Assembly (NCBI GenBank): GCA_031372565.1
Contig: JANMLN010000135.1
Span: 1 to 14,251, forward strand
Direction of reading: 5' to 3'
Length of the DNA stretch: 14,251 nt
DNA from: Gemmatimonadota bacterium
Lineage (GTDB): Bacteria; Gemmatimonadota; Gemmatimonadetes; Gemmatimonadales; Gemmatimonadaceae
The translations under genes were made by a program, and so were the position numbers. Below, piece after piece: positions 1 to 7,990 of the stretch (position 1 is the first letter of the stretch; each line of letters begins with the position of its first letter). The notes under the pieces were generated by a model. It did not search any database. It was not told where the DNA came from and saw only the letters and a program-made list of their open reading frames with translations.

Positions 1-2
1 CG

Positions 3-41
3 GGCGCCGAAGCCCTGTACGGGGCTTCGGCGCCTTCCATT
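3..41 (+). terminator. Putative intrinsic terminator hairpin, probably belonging to a gene upstream of the window
   Basis: Perfect 13-bp inverted repeat GGCGCCGAAGCCC (3-15) / GGGCTTCGGCGCC (22-34) with loop TGTACG, followed by a weak U-tract TTCCATT. It could instead be a REP-like palindrome. Confidence 0.55.
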
Positions 42-228
42 CAGAAATCTGAGCATTTCTTCGGTCCGAAGGCCCTCGGTGTCGATAGCGCACGGCGTGT
101 TCACGAGAATACATACTGTCCCTACCGTTGGTCGTCCAGTCGCATTCCACCGCACAGTTAGCCAACCCCTCGCAAGCTGGGCCTCACCTGTGATGGTGCC
201 GTCGCAGCCACAGAATCCGGTGCAGCCA

Positions 229-760
229 ATGAAGCTTGAGTCCCGCCCGGCCACTGGCTGAGGTGTCCGCACTCTCCGCCCTCGTCGTTCGTTGCGCCCG
301 CGGGCTGAGCACCGGGTGCTACACGCCGACCGAGGCCGAGGCCGCGATTCGCCACGTATTCGCCGTGGATACTCAGCTGGTGCGGGACGGGAGCGATCCG
401 GTGGCGAAGCTCGACGGCGCACTGGCAGGATGCGGCGGCTGGAGCCGCCGCCGGACGCTTTACGGGGGCGACCAGCGGCCGATGGGTGGCGATGACCTGC
501 TCGATACGACCCGGGATGCCGCCAGGATCCGCGCCATATTCGTGGAGCCCGAGGCGGGGCGGCGCAGGGTGGGGCGGGCGATCCTCGCGGCTTGCGAGGC
601 CGCGGCAACGGCGGCCGGGTACGCGCGCTTCGAGCTGATGGCGACGCTGCCCGGAGTGCCGTTCTACGCGGCGTTCTGGTACGTGGCCGAGGAGCCCATG
701 ATGGACGTGCTGCCGGATGGCACGCCGCTCAGGTTCGTGCGGATGACGTGCACACCGCAG
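229..760 (+). pseudogene. GNAT family N-acetyltransferase, probable pseudogene (frameshift near 253-256, stop codon lost)
   Basis: ATG at 229 gives MKLESRPAT(G*), which resembles the GNAT 'xIRPAT' start but stops at 259-261. The body continues in another frame: LAEVSAL...VDTQLVRDG...GCGGWSRRRTLYGGD...AARIRAIFVEP...GRAILAACEAAA...FELMATLPGVPFY...LRFVRM. GNAT similarity ends near 760, yet the frame runs on to 1279 as non-protein-like sequence that overlaps the convergent SET gene. Confidence 0.75.
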
Positions 761-1052
761 GGTGGATGCACGAAGCGGTGCCGCGAATCGTCGCGACGCC
801 GCCTTCGTCGAACGTGGAAAGCCTGTGCCTATGACGTCACGCCCTTGTGTTGGTCAAGCCACCCCCGGGAGCGTGGTCATCTTGGCCGCCTCGTGACTCG
901 GCCGCCACCGAATGCCATGCGGCTCGTCGGGCCGGATGCATCGGGGTACACATCGAACACGGGAGCGCTCGCCGTGCACCGCAGGCCCACGCGAGGCACG
1001 GGCGTCGGCGCGAACGCGTCCTGGCATCCGAGCGCCAAGCAGCCAACCAACA

Positions 1053-1076
1053 CGAGGGCGCGAGGGCGCGAGGGCG
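1053..1076. repeat. Tandem repeat (CGAGGGCG)x3
   Basis: Three perfect 8-bp units at 1053-1060, 1061-1068 and 1069-1076, in the region between the GNAT remnant and the SET gene. Confidence 0.8.
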
Positions 1077-1185
1077 CACGCGCCGGAGCGATGACCCGCA
1101 GCGGTGCGCCCGCGCTGCGTCGCGCGTACGCCCATCTGCGACCACAAGATACGGGCCCGTCACGGGGACGGCGAGAGTTGCCGAG

Positions 1186-1704
1186 CTACCGCGCCTGCTT
1201 CTTCGGAATCAGGATCGTCCCGCGACAGGTGATCGCTCCGCAGCGGCACGGATACGCCTTCTTGGCGGCCGGCGTGTGACGCTCCTCGAGCACATACGCG
1301 TAGTCGTACACCAGCTCCTCGCCGGGCTCGATGTCGTGGATGGTCTCGATCCAGAGGCGGCGCCCGTCGACGACGACATCGCAATTGGGTGCGCACGAGT
1401 GATTGAGCCATCGTGCCTCGTTGCCGTTCACCCCCGCATCCACAACGATCTCGTCGTCAATGGCGAACAGGAACGTGTGATGGGTTCCGTCAGCGTTCGG
1501 GTATCGCGCTTCCGCTTGGGCGACCGTGAGCCGCTCGCCCGCATACTCGACGAGGCGGACGCCCTCGGCGATGGCGCGCGTCGCGAACGCACCACGTCCG
1601 GAGATGACCGAGGGACGCACCTCGAACGGGTACGGCGGACGCGGCTCGGGGCCCTCGAGCGCGGTCGGTGGCGGCGGGGCGTCCAGTCGGACCCGTCGTG
1701 TCAT
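1186..1704 (-). CDS. SET domain-containing protein-lysine N-methyltransferase with post-SET zinc motif
   Basis: Motifs SVISGRGAFA, VEYAGE, ARWLNHSCAPNC, GEELVYDY and post-SET CRCGAITC. ATG at 1704 has GGAG 6 nt upstream. Alternative start at 1716. Confidence 0.93.
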   Translation of the reverse strand: MTRRVRLDAPPPPTALEGPEPRPPYPFEVRPSVISGRGAFATRAIAEGVRLVEYAGERLTVAQAEARYPNADGTHHTFLFAIDDEIVVDAGVNGNEARWLNHSCAPNCDVVVDGRRLWIETIHDIEPGEELVYDYAYVLEERHTPAAKKAYPCRCGAITCRGTILIPKKQAR

Positions 1705-1991
1705 GCGGATCTCCATTCTGCAGCCCGCGCCTGCAGGTCAGTCGTCAAGCCACGTTCCCGCGCGACACTCGTCAGCAGGGCGATCCCGCTCCCGCAGGAG
1801 AGGAAGCCGGACATCTCTCCAAGGTGCGCGCTCCAGCCACGCGAGGAACTCGCGCGGCCAGACAGCAGATCTTTCGGGAGAATCGTGACGTGACACAAGA
1901 TCGGGACGAGAATCGGTGAAGGATACTCGCCCCGGCCCGTAGTTGGAATCAAGAAAACGTCCGTGAGCATCGACTGAGGCCGCGCCGACCG

Positions 1992-3431
1992 CTACCGCCC
2001 GATCTCGTCCTTGTAGGCCGCGCGCAGCCCGGCCAGATACTGGTCGAACAGCCCGGACAGCGTCTTGAACTCCGTCTGCACCGCCGTGCGAAACGCCGTG
2101 TCGGTCAGGAAGTCGTACAAGATGGCCGCCTCGGTCTTCGCGTCGATCAGGAACGCCGAGTGGCCGAGCGCGGAGTAGTTGTCCGCCGTCATCTCGTACG
2201 TGTGATTGCTGAAGTTCGAGCTGGCCGCCGTCACGCCGACGCCGGGGATGTCGCGCGCCATCCAGCCGGTCTCCTCGTAGCCCGACGGCCGCACCGGCTC
2301 GGGGTTGACGCGAATCGCGCCGAACTTCTTCACGTACGCGAACATCAGCTCCTCGAGCGTGCCCAGCGACACCCCATCGCGGTACTCGCCGCCGGTGCGA
2401 TCGATCTCGACCGTGGTGCCAGTGGCCAGCGCGGCGCCCTGTGCGGCGTGCACCATCATCGAGTCCACGTGCGCGAGGTACACCTCGTCGGGGTACCGGA
2501 TGTAATAGTCGACCACTGCGCGGTCGGGCACGACGTTGGGTGCGATCCCCCCCTCGGGAATCACCCCCTGCACGCTGACTTCGGGGCGCAGGCTCGACCG
2601 GATGTGGTCGACCGCGGAGTAGAACATCACCGCCGCGGCGACGGCGTTGCGACCGTTCCAGCTCGACATCTGGTGCGAGGGGCGTCCCTTGAAGACGAAC
2701 TTCACCTCGTTGATGTTGAGACAACACGAGCCGAACCCTGCGCGCGTGCGCGACGTCTGCCCTCCGATGCCGTGGCTGCGGATCATGATGTCCGCGCCCT
2801 TGAACACCCCGGCCTTCCACATCGTCACCTTCGACGGCGGACCGACCTCTTCGGCGGGCGTTCCGTAAATCTTGATGCGCCCCTGAATCTTCCGGTCGGT
2901 CATGAGCTGCTGAAGCCCGAGCGCGGCGGCCATGGCCACGGGGCTCTGCGCGTTGTGCTGGTCGCCATGAAAATCGCCTTGCGTGCCGCGCAGCGCGTCG
3001 TACTCGGCAATCAGCCCGAGTGTGGGCCCGTTCGTGCCCGCCGGCGCGTCCCACGACGCCACGAATGCGGTCTTGAGACCGGCCACGTCCCGTTCGATCC
3101 GGTACCCCTGCGAGGCAAGCACCTTGGTCAGCGTGTCGACGGCCTTGAACTCTTTCCATCCCGTTTCAGGGTTGCGACCAATCCAGTCAGAGAGGTCCTG
3201 CATCCCCCCCTTCCAGGCCGCCTCCACGCGCGCGAGCAGCTTGTCGCGGTCGGGGTTCGCGCGCGCGACCATGCGCTCGGCCATGGCGGTGGGCGCCAGC
3301 TTGGCCTGCAACGCATCCAGCTGGTCGAGGACTCCCTTGGCGGCGGCGCGCTCGGTGGGCGTTGATTGCGCCGACGCGACCGACGCGACGGCGACAAGGA
3401 CGATGAGGGCAACGAGCGGCAGCGTACGCAT
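1992..3431 (-). CDS. Peptidase M20 family amidohydrolase (AbgB/PM20D2-like) with N-terminal signal peptide
   Basis: 479 aa. Motifs NPETGWKEF, AEYDAL, HGDQHN (canonical HACGHN), GTPAEE, the dimerisation-domain segment KGRPSH...GRNAV...GGIAPNVVPD, and C-terminal NHT. N-terminus MRTLPLVALIVLVAVASVASA-Q looks like a Sec/SPI signal. Confidence 0.88.
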   Translation of the reverse strand: MRTLPLVALIVLVAVASVASAQSTPTERAAAKGVLDQLDALQAKLAPTAMAERMVARANPDRDKLLARVEAAWKGGMQDLSDWIGRNPETGWKEFKAVDTLTKVLASQGYRIERDVAGLKTAFVASWDAPAGTNGPTLGLIAEYDALRGTQGDFHGDQHNAQSPVAMAAALGLQQLMTDRKIQGRIKIYGTPAEEVGPPSKVTMWKAGVFKGADIMIRSHGIGGQTSRTRAGFGSCCLNINEVKFVFKGRPSHQMSSWNGRNAVAAAVMFYSAVDHIRSSLRPEVSVQGVIPEGGIAPNVVPDRAVVDYYIRYPDEVYLAHVDSMMVHAAQGAALATGTTVEIDRTGGEYRDGVSLGTLEELMFAYVKKFGAIRVNPEPVRPSGYEETGWMARDIPGVGVTAASSNFSNHTYEMTADNYSALGHSAFLIDAKTEAAILYDFLTDTAFRTAVQTEFKTLSGLFDQYLAGLRAAYKDEIGR

Positions 3432-3613
3432 GTGGATCAGACCTCGACCAGGTGAGAAGGGACGCGGGCGGCAAACGTAGGCGTGGACGGCGCGTGCGCG
3501 AGCGCGTCCGAGGGCCTACGGACTCAACGCACCAGGCATGACGCGCGCTGCGCCGATCGCGCGGGCGCCGTCGCCCCTTGCCGCGTGCGTGTTCGCGCAC
3601 AACCTTCGACGCG

Positions 3614-4765
3614 ATGCGGTGGTGTGCCCTCGGACTGGTGCTGGTGGTGGGCTGCTATCCGGCAGCCCGGCAGCCGCGCGCCCTGCCCCCGGTTGCCGAT
3701 GTGCAGCGCTGGGTCGATGAGGCCAAGGCGCGCCTCGACACGGCGCTCCGCACCACCGAAGCGCGGCGCGTGCTCGCGCAACTCGACCCCGACGCGACGA
3801 TCGTGGTGCGCGGGCGCGATTCCATCGTCGGCGCCGAGGCCGTGGTGCGGGCCCTGCGCAACGATTACGAGGGCGTTGGCGTGCCGTCGTTGTTCATGCT
3901 GGCGCCGCAGCGCGAAGCGTGCGCCGATGGTGTCTATGAGTACGAGGGGTCGCTGGGCGTGCAGGTGGTGTCGGCGGACCGCGCGCCGCGCCTCGTCGAC
4001 TTTCGCTATGCCGCCAAGTGGGCCGTCGACGGCAGGCGGGTGCGGCTGCGGCGCCTGGCGCTCGCCCCCCCCGAGAGCGAGGCCGGACCGAGTGAAGCGC
4101 TCTGTCCGAGTCGCTCGGTGGTGGAGTTTCCGCAGCGGCGCCTGGTCGTGACGTTCATGTCGAGTCTGTTCAGCGTCCAGACCAACCGGTCGCGCGCGAA
4201 CGTCGCCTCCTTCCTCCAAGGGCAGGGCTTCGCGGTGACTGATGTGCGCGATCCGATCGAACTCGGGTTTGCGAGCGAATCCGACATCGTCCCGTGGGGC
4301 ACCGTGGCGATCCGCGCACGCGTGGGGGGCGGCGTGTCGGTCGAAGCCTATTGGGCGCTCGATGATGCCTGGTGGAACGCCCAGGTCTCGGCCACGGTCA
4401 CCGGGCAGGCGCGGTTGAGCAACGTGCAGGTGCGCAGTCGGCCGTCCGGCGCTCTGGTCGGCTACGAGTGGGATCGGTGGCGCGTGGCCGCCGGCATCGC
4501 CGTGTCGGAGACGCGCATTCGCTGGCTCGACTACGTGAACGGCCTGACGGGCGGCGGTGCGCGCGTCCTCGCCGATCGCGCCACGGGGGGAACGGTGCTC
4601 GTGGGTTGGGCGCGACCGCTGTCGGGTGCGCTCGTCGCCGAACTGCGCCTGCAGCACACGTTCGCCATCGACGCCGCGCTTCCCGCCATCGCCGGTTCGC
4701 AGCCGGGTCGCGTGTCGCTCGGTGGAACGACTGCGGGGCTGTACGTCGGCTTCGCCGCCTTCTGA
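3614..4765 (+). CDS. Hypothetical exported protein, probable lipoprotein; N-terminal NTF2/SnoaL-like region and C-terminal outer-membrane beta-barrel-like region
   Basis: MRWCALGLVLVVG-C lipobox-like start. The segment LDPDATIVVRGRDSIVGAEAV...YEYEGS...YAAKWAVDG resembles the NTF2/DUF4440 pattern. The C-terminal half has alternating amphipathic strands (ALVGYEWDRWRVAAGIAV, LVAELRLQHTF) and ends LYVGFAAF. Codon usage is gene-like. Confidence 0.7.
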   Translation: MRWCALGLVLVVGCYPAARQPRALPPVADVQRWVDEAKARLDTALRTTEARRVLAQLDPDATIVVRGRDSIVGAEAVVRALRNDYEGVGVPSLFMLAPQREACADGVYEYEGSLGVQVVSADRAPRLVDFRYAAKWAVDGRRVRLRRLALAPPESEAGPSEALCPSRSVVEFPQRRLVVTFMSSLFSVQTNRSRANVASFLQGQGFAVTDVRDPIELGFASESDIVPWGTVAIRARVGGGVSVEAYWALDDAWWNAQVSATVTGQARLSNVQVRSRPSGALVGYEWDRWRVAAGIAVSETRIRWLDYVNGLTGGGARVLADRATGGTVLVGWARPLSGALVAELRLQHTFAIDAALPAIAGSQPGRVSLGGTTAGLYVGFAAF

Positions 4766-4779
4766 TCGCTCTCCAATCC

Positions 4780-6726
4780 ATGACCGTCATGCTTCGCACT
4801 GTTGCGCGCGCCGCTCGGCTCCTCCTCGTGGGCGCCGCCCCCGCTCTGGCACAGGGCACCAACTGGGGCACGCCGAGCGGGGATCCCGGCGCGATGCGCT
4901 GGTCGCCGCTCACGTCGGTCACGCCGCGGAACGTGGCGCAGCTGGCCGTGGCGTGGACGTACAAGACGGGGGAGAAGTCGATTGCGCCTGGCCCCAACCA
5001 GAAGTCGGCGCGTCCGGGGCAACTGCAGGTGTCGCCGGTCATCATCAACGACACGATGTACCTCTCGACGAGCTACGCGGCCGTGGTGGCGCTCGAGGCG
5101 AGCACGGGCCGGGAGCTGTGGCGCTACGATCCCGAGGTGTGGCGCGCAGGACAACCGTCGAACGGCACCGGGTTCGTGCACCGGGGCATCAGCACCTGGA
5201 CCGACGGGAGCGAGCGGCGGGTGTTCATCAACGCGCGGTGGCGGCTGATCGCGCTGGATGCGCGCACCGGCAAGCCGATTCCGTCGTTCGGGATCAACGG
5301 TGAAGTGAATCTCCTCGACGGCCTGCGCCGCAGGGTGAACCCGCTGCACTACACCAACACGTCGCCCTCGCTCGTGGTCGGCAATCTCGTGGTGGTGGGC
5401 AACGGTGTGGGCGATCGGCTCCGTTACCCCAACGACCCACCCGGCGACGTGCAGGCGTTCGACGTGCGCACAGGCAAGGGCGTGTGGACCTTCCACACGA
5501 TTCCCGACTCGGGCGAGTACGGCTGGTCGACGTGGGAAAAGGAGAGTTGGCGCACGATGGGCCACACCAACGTGTGGGCGCCCATGAGCGCGGACACCGC
5601 GCGCGGGCTCGTCTTCCTGCCCGTGAGCACCCCCACCAATGACTGGTACGGCGGTGACCGGCTGGGCGACAACCTGTTTGCGGAGTCCGTGGTCGCGCTC
5701 GACGCGAAGACGGGCACGCGGGTGTGGCACTTTCAGACGGTGCATCACGGCCTGTGGGACTATGATCTCCCTGCGCCGCCCGTGATGGCGACGCGCCGAG
5801 CCAACGGCCGCCTGCAGGATGTGGTGGTGGTGCCGGCCAAGACCGGATGGCTGTACGTCTTTGATCGGGCCACGGGAAAGCCTGTCTGGCCAATCCCGGA
5901 GCGCGCGGTGCCGCCCAGTGACGTGGCGGGCGAGCGCGCCTCGCGCACGCAACCGATGCCGTCGCGTCCGGCCCCCTTCGCGCGGCAGCGCGTGACCGAA
6001 GCGGACCTCATCGATTTCTCGCCGGAGCTCAAGCGGGCCGCGCTCGCTCTCTTTCGCCGTTACCGGAGCGGCCCCGTCTTCACGCCGCCGTCGGTGCAGG
6101 GAACGATCGCGATGCCGGGCGTCATTGGCGGAGCGGGGTGGGGCAGCACGAGCTTCGATCCCGATACGCGGACCGTGTTCGTGAAGGCCACCGAGAGTCC
6201 CGCGCTCTTCAAGGTGGTGACCGGCTCCCCGAATGACACGATCGGCTTCCGGACGACGATCGATCTGCGCGTCTCGGAGTTGAGTGTACAGGCCGACCCC
6301 GACTCGGGGATGCGCGGTGACCACACGCCGCCCGAGGCGCTCCCGCTCATCAAGCCGCCCTACGGTACACTGACGGCCATCAACCTCGACAATGGCGCGC
6401 AGCGTTGGCGCGTCGTGCTGGGCGACACGCCGCTCATCCGGAGGCACCCGCTGCTCAAGGGCAAGGCGCTGCCCCCGCTCGGGGTGGCGGGCGCGCCCGG
6501 CGGGACGGTGACGCGCGGCGGGCTCATCTTCATCACGGGCGGCGGCGACGTGCTCTACGCACTCGACAAGACCAACGGGAAGGTGTTGTGGCAGCACCCG
6601 TTGCCTGCCGGCCGCGGGTACGCCAACCCGGTCACCTACGCCACGCGCGATGGGCGCCAGTTCGTGGTGATCGCCAGTGGTGCGGGCGAGAACGGCGAAC
6701 TGGTGGCGTTCGCCTTGCCCGAGTAG
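4780..6726 (+). CDS. PQQ-dependent dehydrogenase (glucose/quinate/shikimate dehydrogenase-like), exported, without membrane anchor or heme c
   Basis: Motifs RWSPLTSVTPRNVAQLAVAW, Trp-docking repeats (ALEASTGRELWRY, ALDARTGK, AFDVRTGKGVWTF, ALDAKTGTRVWHFQ, ALDKTNGKVLWQH), NVWAPMSAD, HHGLWDYD, PGVIGGAGWG, KPPYG and ANPVTY. Signal peptide ends ALA-Q. Start at 4780 or 4789; the 4372 start in the ORF track is an overlap artefact. Confidence 0.93.
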   Translation: MTVMLRTVARAARLLLVGAAPALAQGTNWGTPSGDPGAMRWSPLTSVTPRNVAQLAVAWTYKTGEKSIAPGPNQKSARPGQLQVSPVIINDTMYLSTSYAAVVALEASTGRELWRYDPEVWRAGQPSNGTGFVHRGISTWTDGSERRVFINARWRLIALDARTGKPIPSFGINGEVNLLDGLRRRVNPLHYTNTSPSLVVGNLVVVGNGVGDRLRYPNDPPGDVQAFDVRTGKGVWTFHTIPDSGEYGWSTWEKESWRTMGHTNVWAPMSADTARGLVFLPVSTPTNDWYGGDRLGDNLFAESVVALDAKTGTRVWHFQTVHHGLWDYDLPAPPVMATRRANGRLQDVVVVPAKTGWLYVFDRATGKPVWPIPERAVPPSDVAGERASRTQPMPSRPAPFARQRVTEADLIDFSPELKRAALALFRRYRSGPVFTPPSVQGTIAMPGVIGGAGWGSTSFDPDTRTVFVKATESPALFKVVTGSPNDTIGFRTTIDLRVSELSVQADPDSGMRGDHTPPEALPLIKPPYGTLTAINLDNGAQRWRVVLGDTPLIRRHPLLKGKALPPLGVAGAPGGTVTRGGLIFITGGGDVLYALDKTNGKVLWQHPLPAGRGYANPVTYATRDGRQFVVIASGAGENGELVAFALPE

Positions 6727-6770
6727 CGCGCCCGCGACGAACGCGCAGGCCGCCAGATCGTCTCCGGGGT

Positions 6771-6800
6771 TTGCGCGCCATGCGGCGCGTGGGTTACCGT
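6771..6800 (+). promoter_or_regulatory. Possible sigma70-type promoter of the kinase gene
   Basis: TTGCGC (6771-6776), 18-nt spacer, TACCGT (6795-6800, TAnnnT pattern), 11 nt before ATG 6812. Weak match. Confidence 0.25.
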
Positions 6801-6811
6801 CAGGGACCTCC

Positions 6812-7990
6812 ATGCGCTCCATCGTCCCGTCCCGCGAGCAGAAACTGGTGTCCTGGGTCCTCTGGCCCGGGCTCTTCGCGGCGTGCACGCTGCTGTTTCT
6901 CTCGGCCGACAGCGACATCCGGCCGTCGCATGCCGTGCTCGCCTACCTGCTCATCGTGGTGGGCGCGAGCGCGAGCGGGAGCCACGTCCTCGGTGGCACA
7001 CTCGTCCTCGCGACCTACGCCGCGTTCCATCTCGGCGTCATGCCGCCGTACATCGAGCAGCGCTACTTCGGCTCGTCGGCGTGGGTCGTCCTCGTCGCCT
7101 TCGGCATGGTGGCATTCGCGATCAACGAGCTGGTACGCCGCTGGCGGCGCGAAGCGGAGCGCGCGATGCAGCGGGCCGATGAAGTCGTGCGGCTCGCGTC
7201 CGACCGGGAGAAGCTGCTCCACGACGCGAATCATGCCGAGGTGCTGCGCGAAGCGGATCGGCTGAAGGGGGCGCTGCTGGCGTCCATCTCGCACGATCTG
7301 CGGACGCCGCTGACGTCGATCCGCGCACTGGCCTCGCGTCCCGGGGGCCCCACGGCGCACGACGCGGCCATCATCCAGTCCGAAGCCGAACGGATGACCA
7401 CGCTGATCGAGGCGGTCCTGGACTGGTCGCGCGTGCAGGGCGGGGCGCTGCCCGTTCACATGGAGTTCAACACCGCGGACGACCTGCTCGATGCCAGTCG
7501 GCGCGCAAGCAGCGCCGCCCTGCGCGATCACCGTCTCAAGGTGACGCTCCCGGCGCACGGTATCCTGGCGGGGACCTTCGATCTGGTGCTCTCCGTCCGC
7601 ATCGTGAGCAATCTGCTCGAGAATGCCGCCAAGTACACGCCGCCGGGCACCCTCATCGAACTGATCGCGAACCGGGAGTCTCAGGCGTTGTGCGTCCACG
7701 TGCGCGACCATGGCCCTGGCGTACCGCCCGAGGAATTGCCGGTCATCTTCGAACCGTTCGTGCGGGGGGGGCGCGCCGCGCCCGAGACGGCCGGTCTCGG
7801 ACTGGGATTGGCCATCGCGCGGGAGTTTGCCCGGGCGCAGGGAGGCGAGCTTTCGGTCGAGAACGCCGACGGTGGCGGCGCCCGTTTTTCCCTCCGACTG
7901 TCGTTGGCGCGCGTCTCGGGCGAGCTGCCGCGTATCAGTGGCGCCAACAGCCGCTACAGCGCCGACTTTCCGGTGGTCGTCCCGACATGA
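6812..7990 (+). CDS. Membrane sensor histidine kinase (KdpD C-terminal-like: DUF4118-type TM region, HisKA, HATPase_c)
   Basis: Three to four hydrophobic segments, then a coiled coil. H-box LLASISHDLRTPLTSI, N-box NLLENAAKYTP, G1 VRDHGPGVP, F-box IFEPF, G2 GLGLGLAIA. Confidence 0.93.
   Translation: MRSIVPSREQKLVSWVLWPGLFAACTLLFLSADSDIRPSHAVLAYLLIVVGASASGSHVLGGTLVLATYAAFHLGVMPPYIEQRYFGSSAWVVLVAFGMVAFAINELVRRWRREAERAMQRADEVVRLASDREKLLHDANHAEVLREADRLKGALLASISHDLRTPLTSIRALASRPGGPTAHDAAIIQSEAERMTTLIEAVLDWSRVQGGALPVHMEFNTADDLLDASRRASSAALRDHRLKVTLPAHGILAGTFDLVLSVRIVSNLLENAAKYTPPGTLIELIANRESQALCVHVRDHGPGVPPEELPVIFEPFVRGGRAAPETAGLGLGLAIAREFARAQGGELSVENADGGGARFSLRLSLARVSGELPRISGANSRYSADFPVVVPT

Noticed and set aside
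43..71. Short palindromes AGAAAT/ATTTCT (43-60) and CTTCGG-T-CCGAAG (59-71)
   Set aside because: Arms are only 6 bp and there is no associated regulator, so an operator call cannot be supported.
98..107. TGTTCACGAG shared between 98-107 and 10244-10253, both upstream of genes
   Set aside because: A single 10-mer match within 14 kb can arise by chance. It is not palindromic and the flanks are not conserved.
761..1279. C-terminal extension of the 347-aa GNAT ORF as a real fused domain
   Set aside because: Composition is not protein-like and it overlaps the convergent SET gene. Loss of the stop codon explains it better.
1717..1991. SAM or SAH riboswitch upstream of the SET methyltransferase
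   Set aside because: Conserved core motifs of the SAM-I and SAH riboswitches could not be matched by eye.
5743..5766. WDYD motif as evidence of a lanthanide-dependent dehydrogenase
   Set aside because: D-x-D is diagnostic only within the XoxF/ExaF/PedH alcohol dehydrogenase clade. mGDH-type enzymes carry D-x-D here ordinarily.
4531..6918. 795-aa minus-strand ORF, and similar long ORFs at 2160-3365 (+), 1738-3159 (-), 847-1893 (+), 3524-4657 (-), 9189-10259 (+), 11227-12237 (-), 12093-13229 (-) and 13454-14245 (-)
   Set aside because: Shadow or alternate-frame ORFs over well-supported genes. They are Arg/Ala/Gly/His-rich with no motifs, as expected in high-GC DNA.
6812..7990. Assigning the symbol kdpD (and likewise gcd, ridA, glbN, rimK or puuD to other genes)
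   Set aside because: Only family-level similarity is supported. Domain architecture and gene context differ from the named genes.
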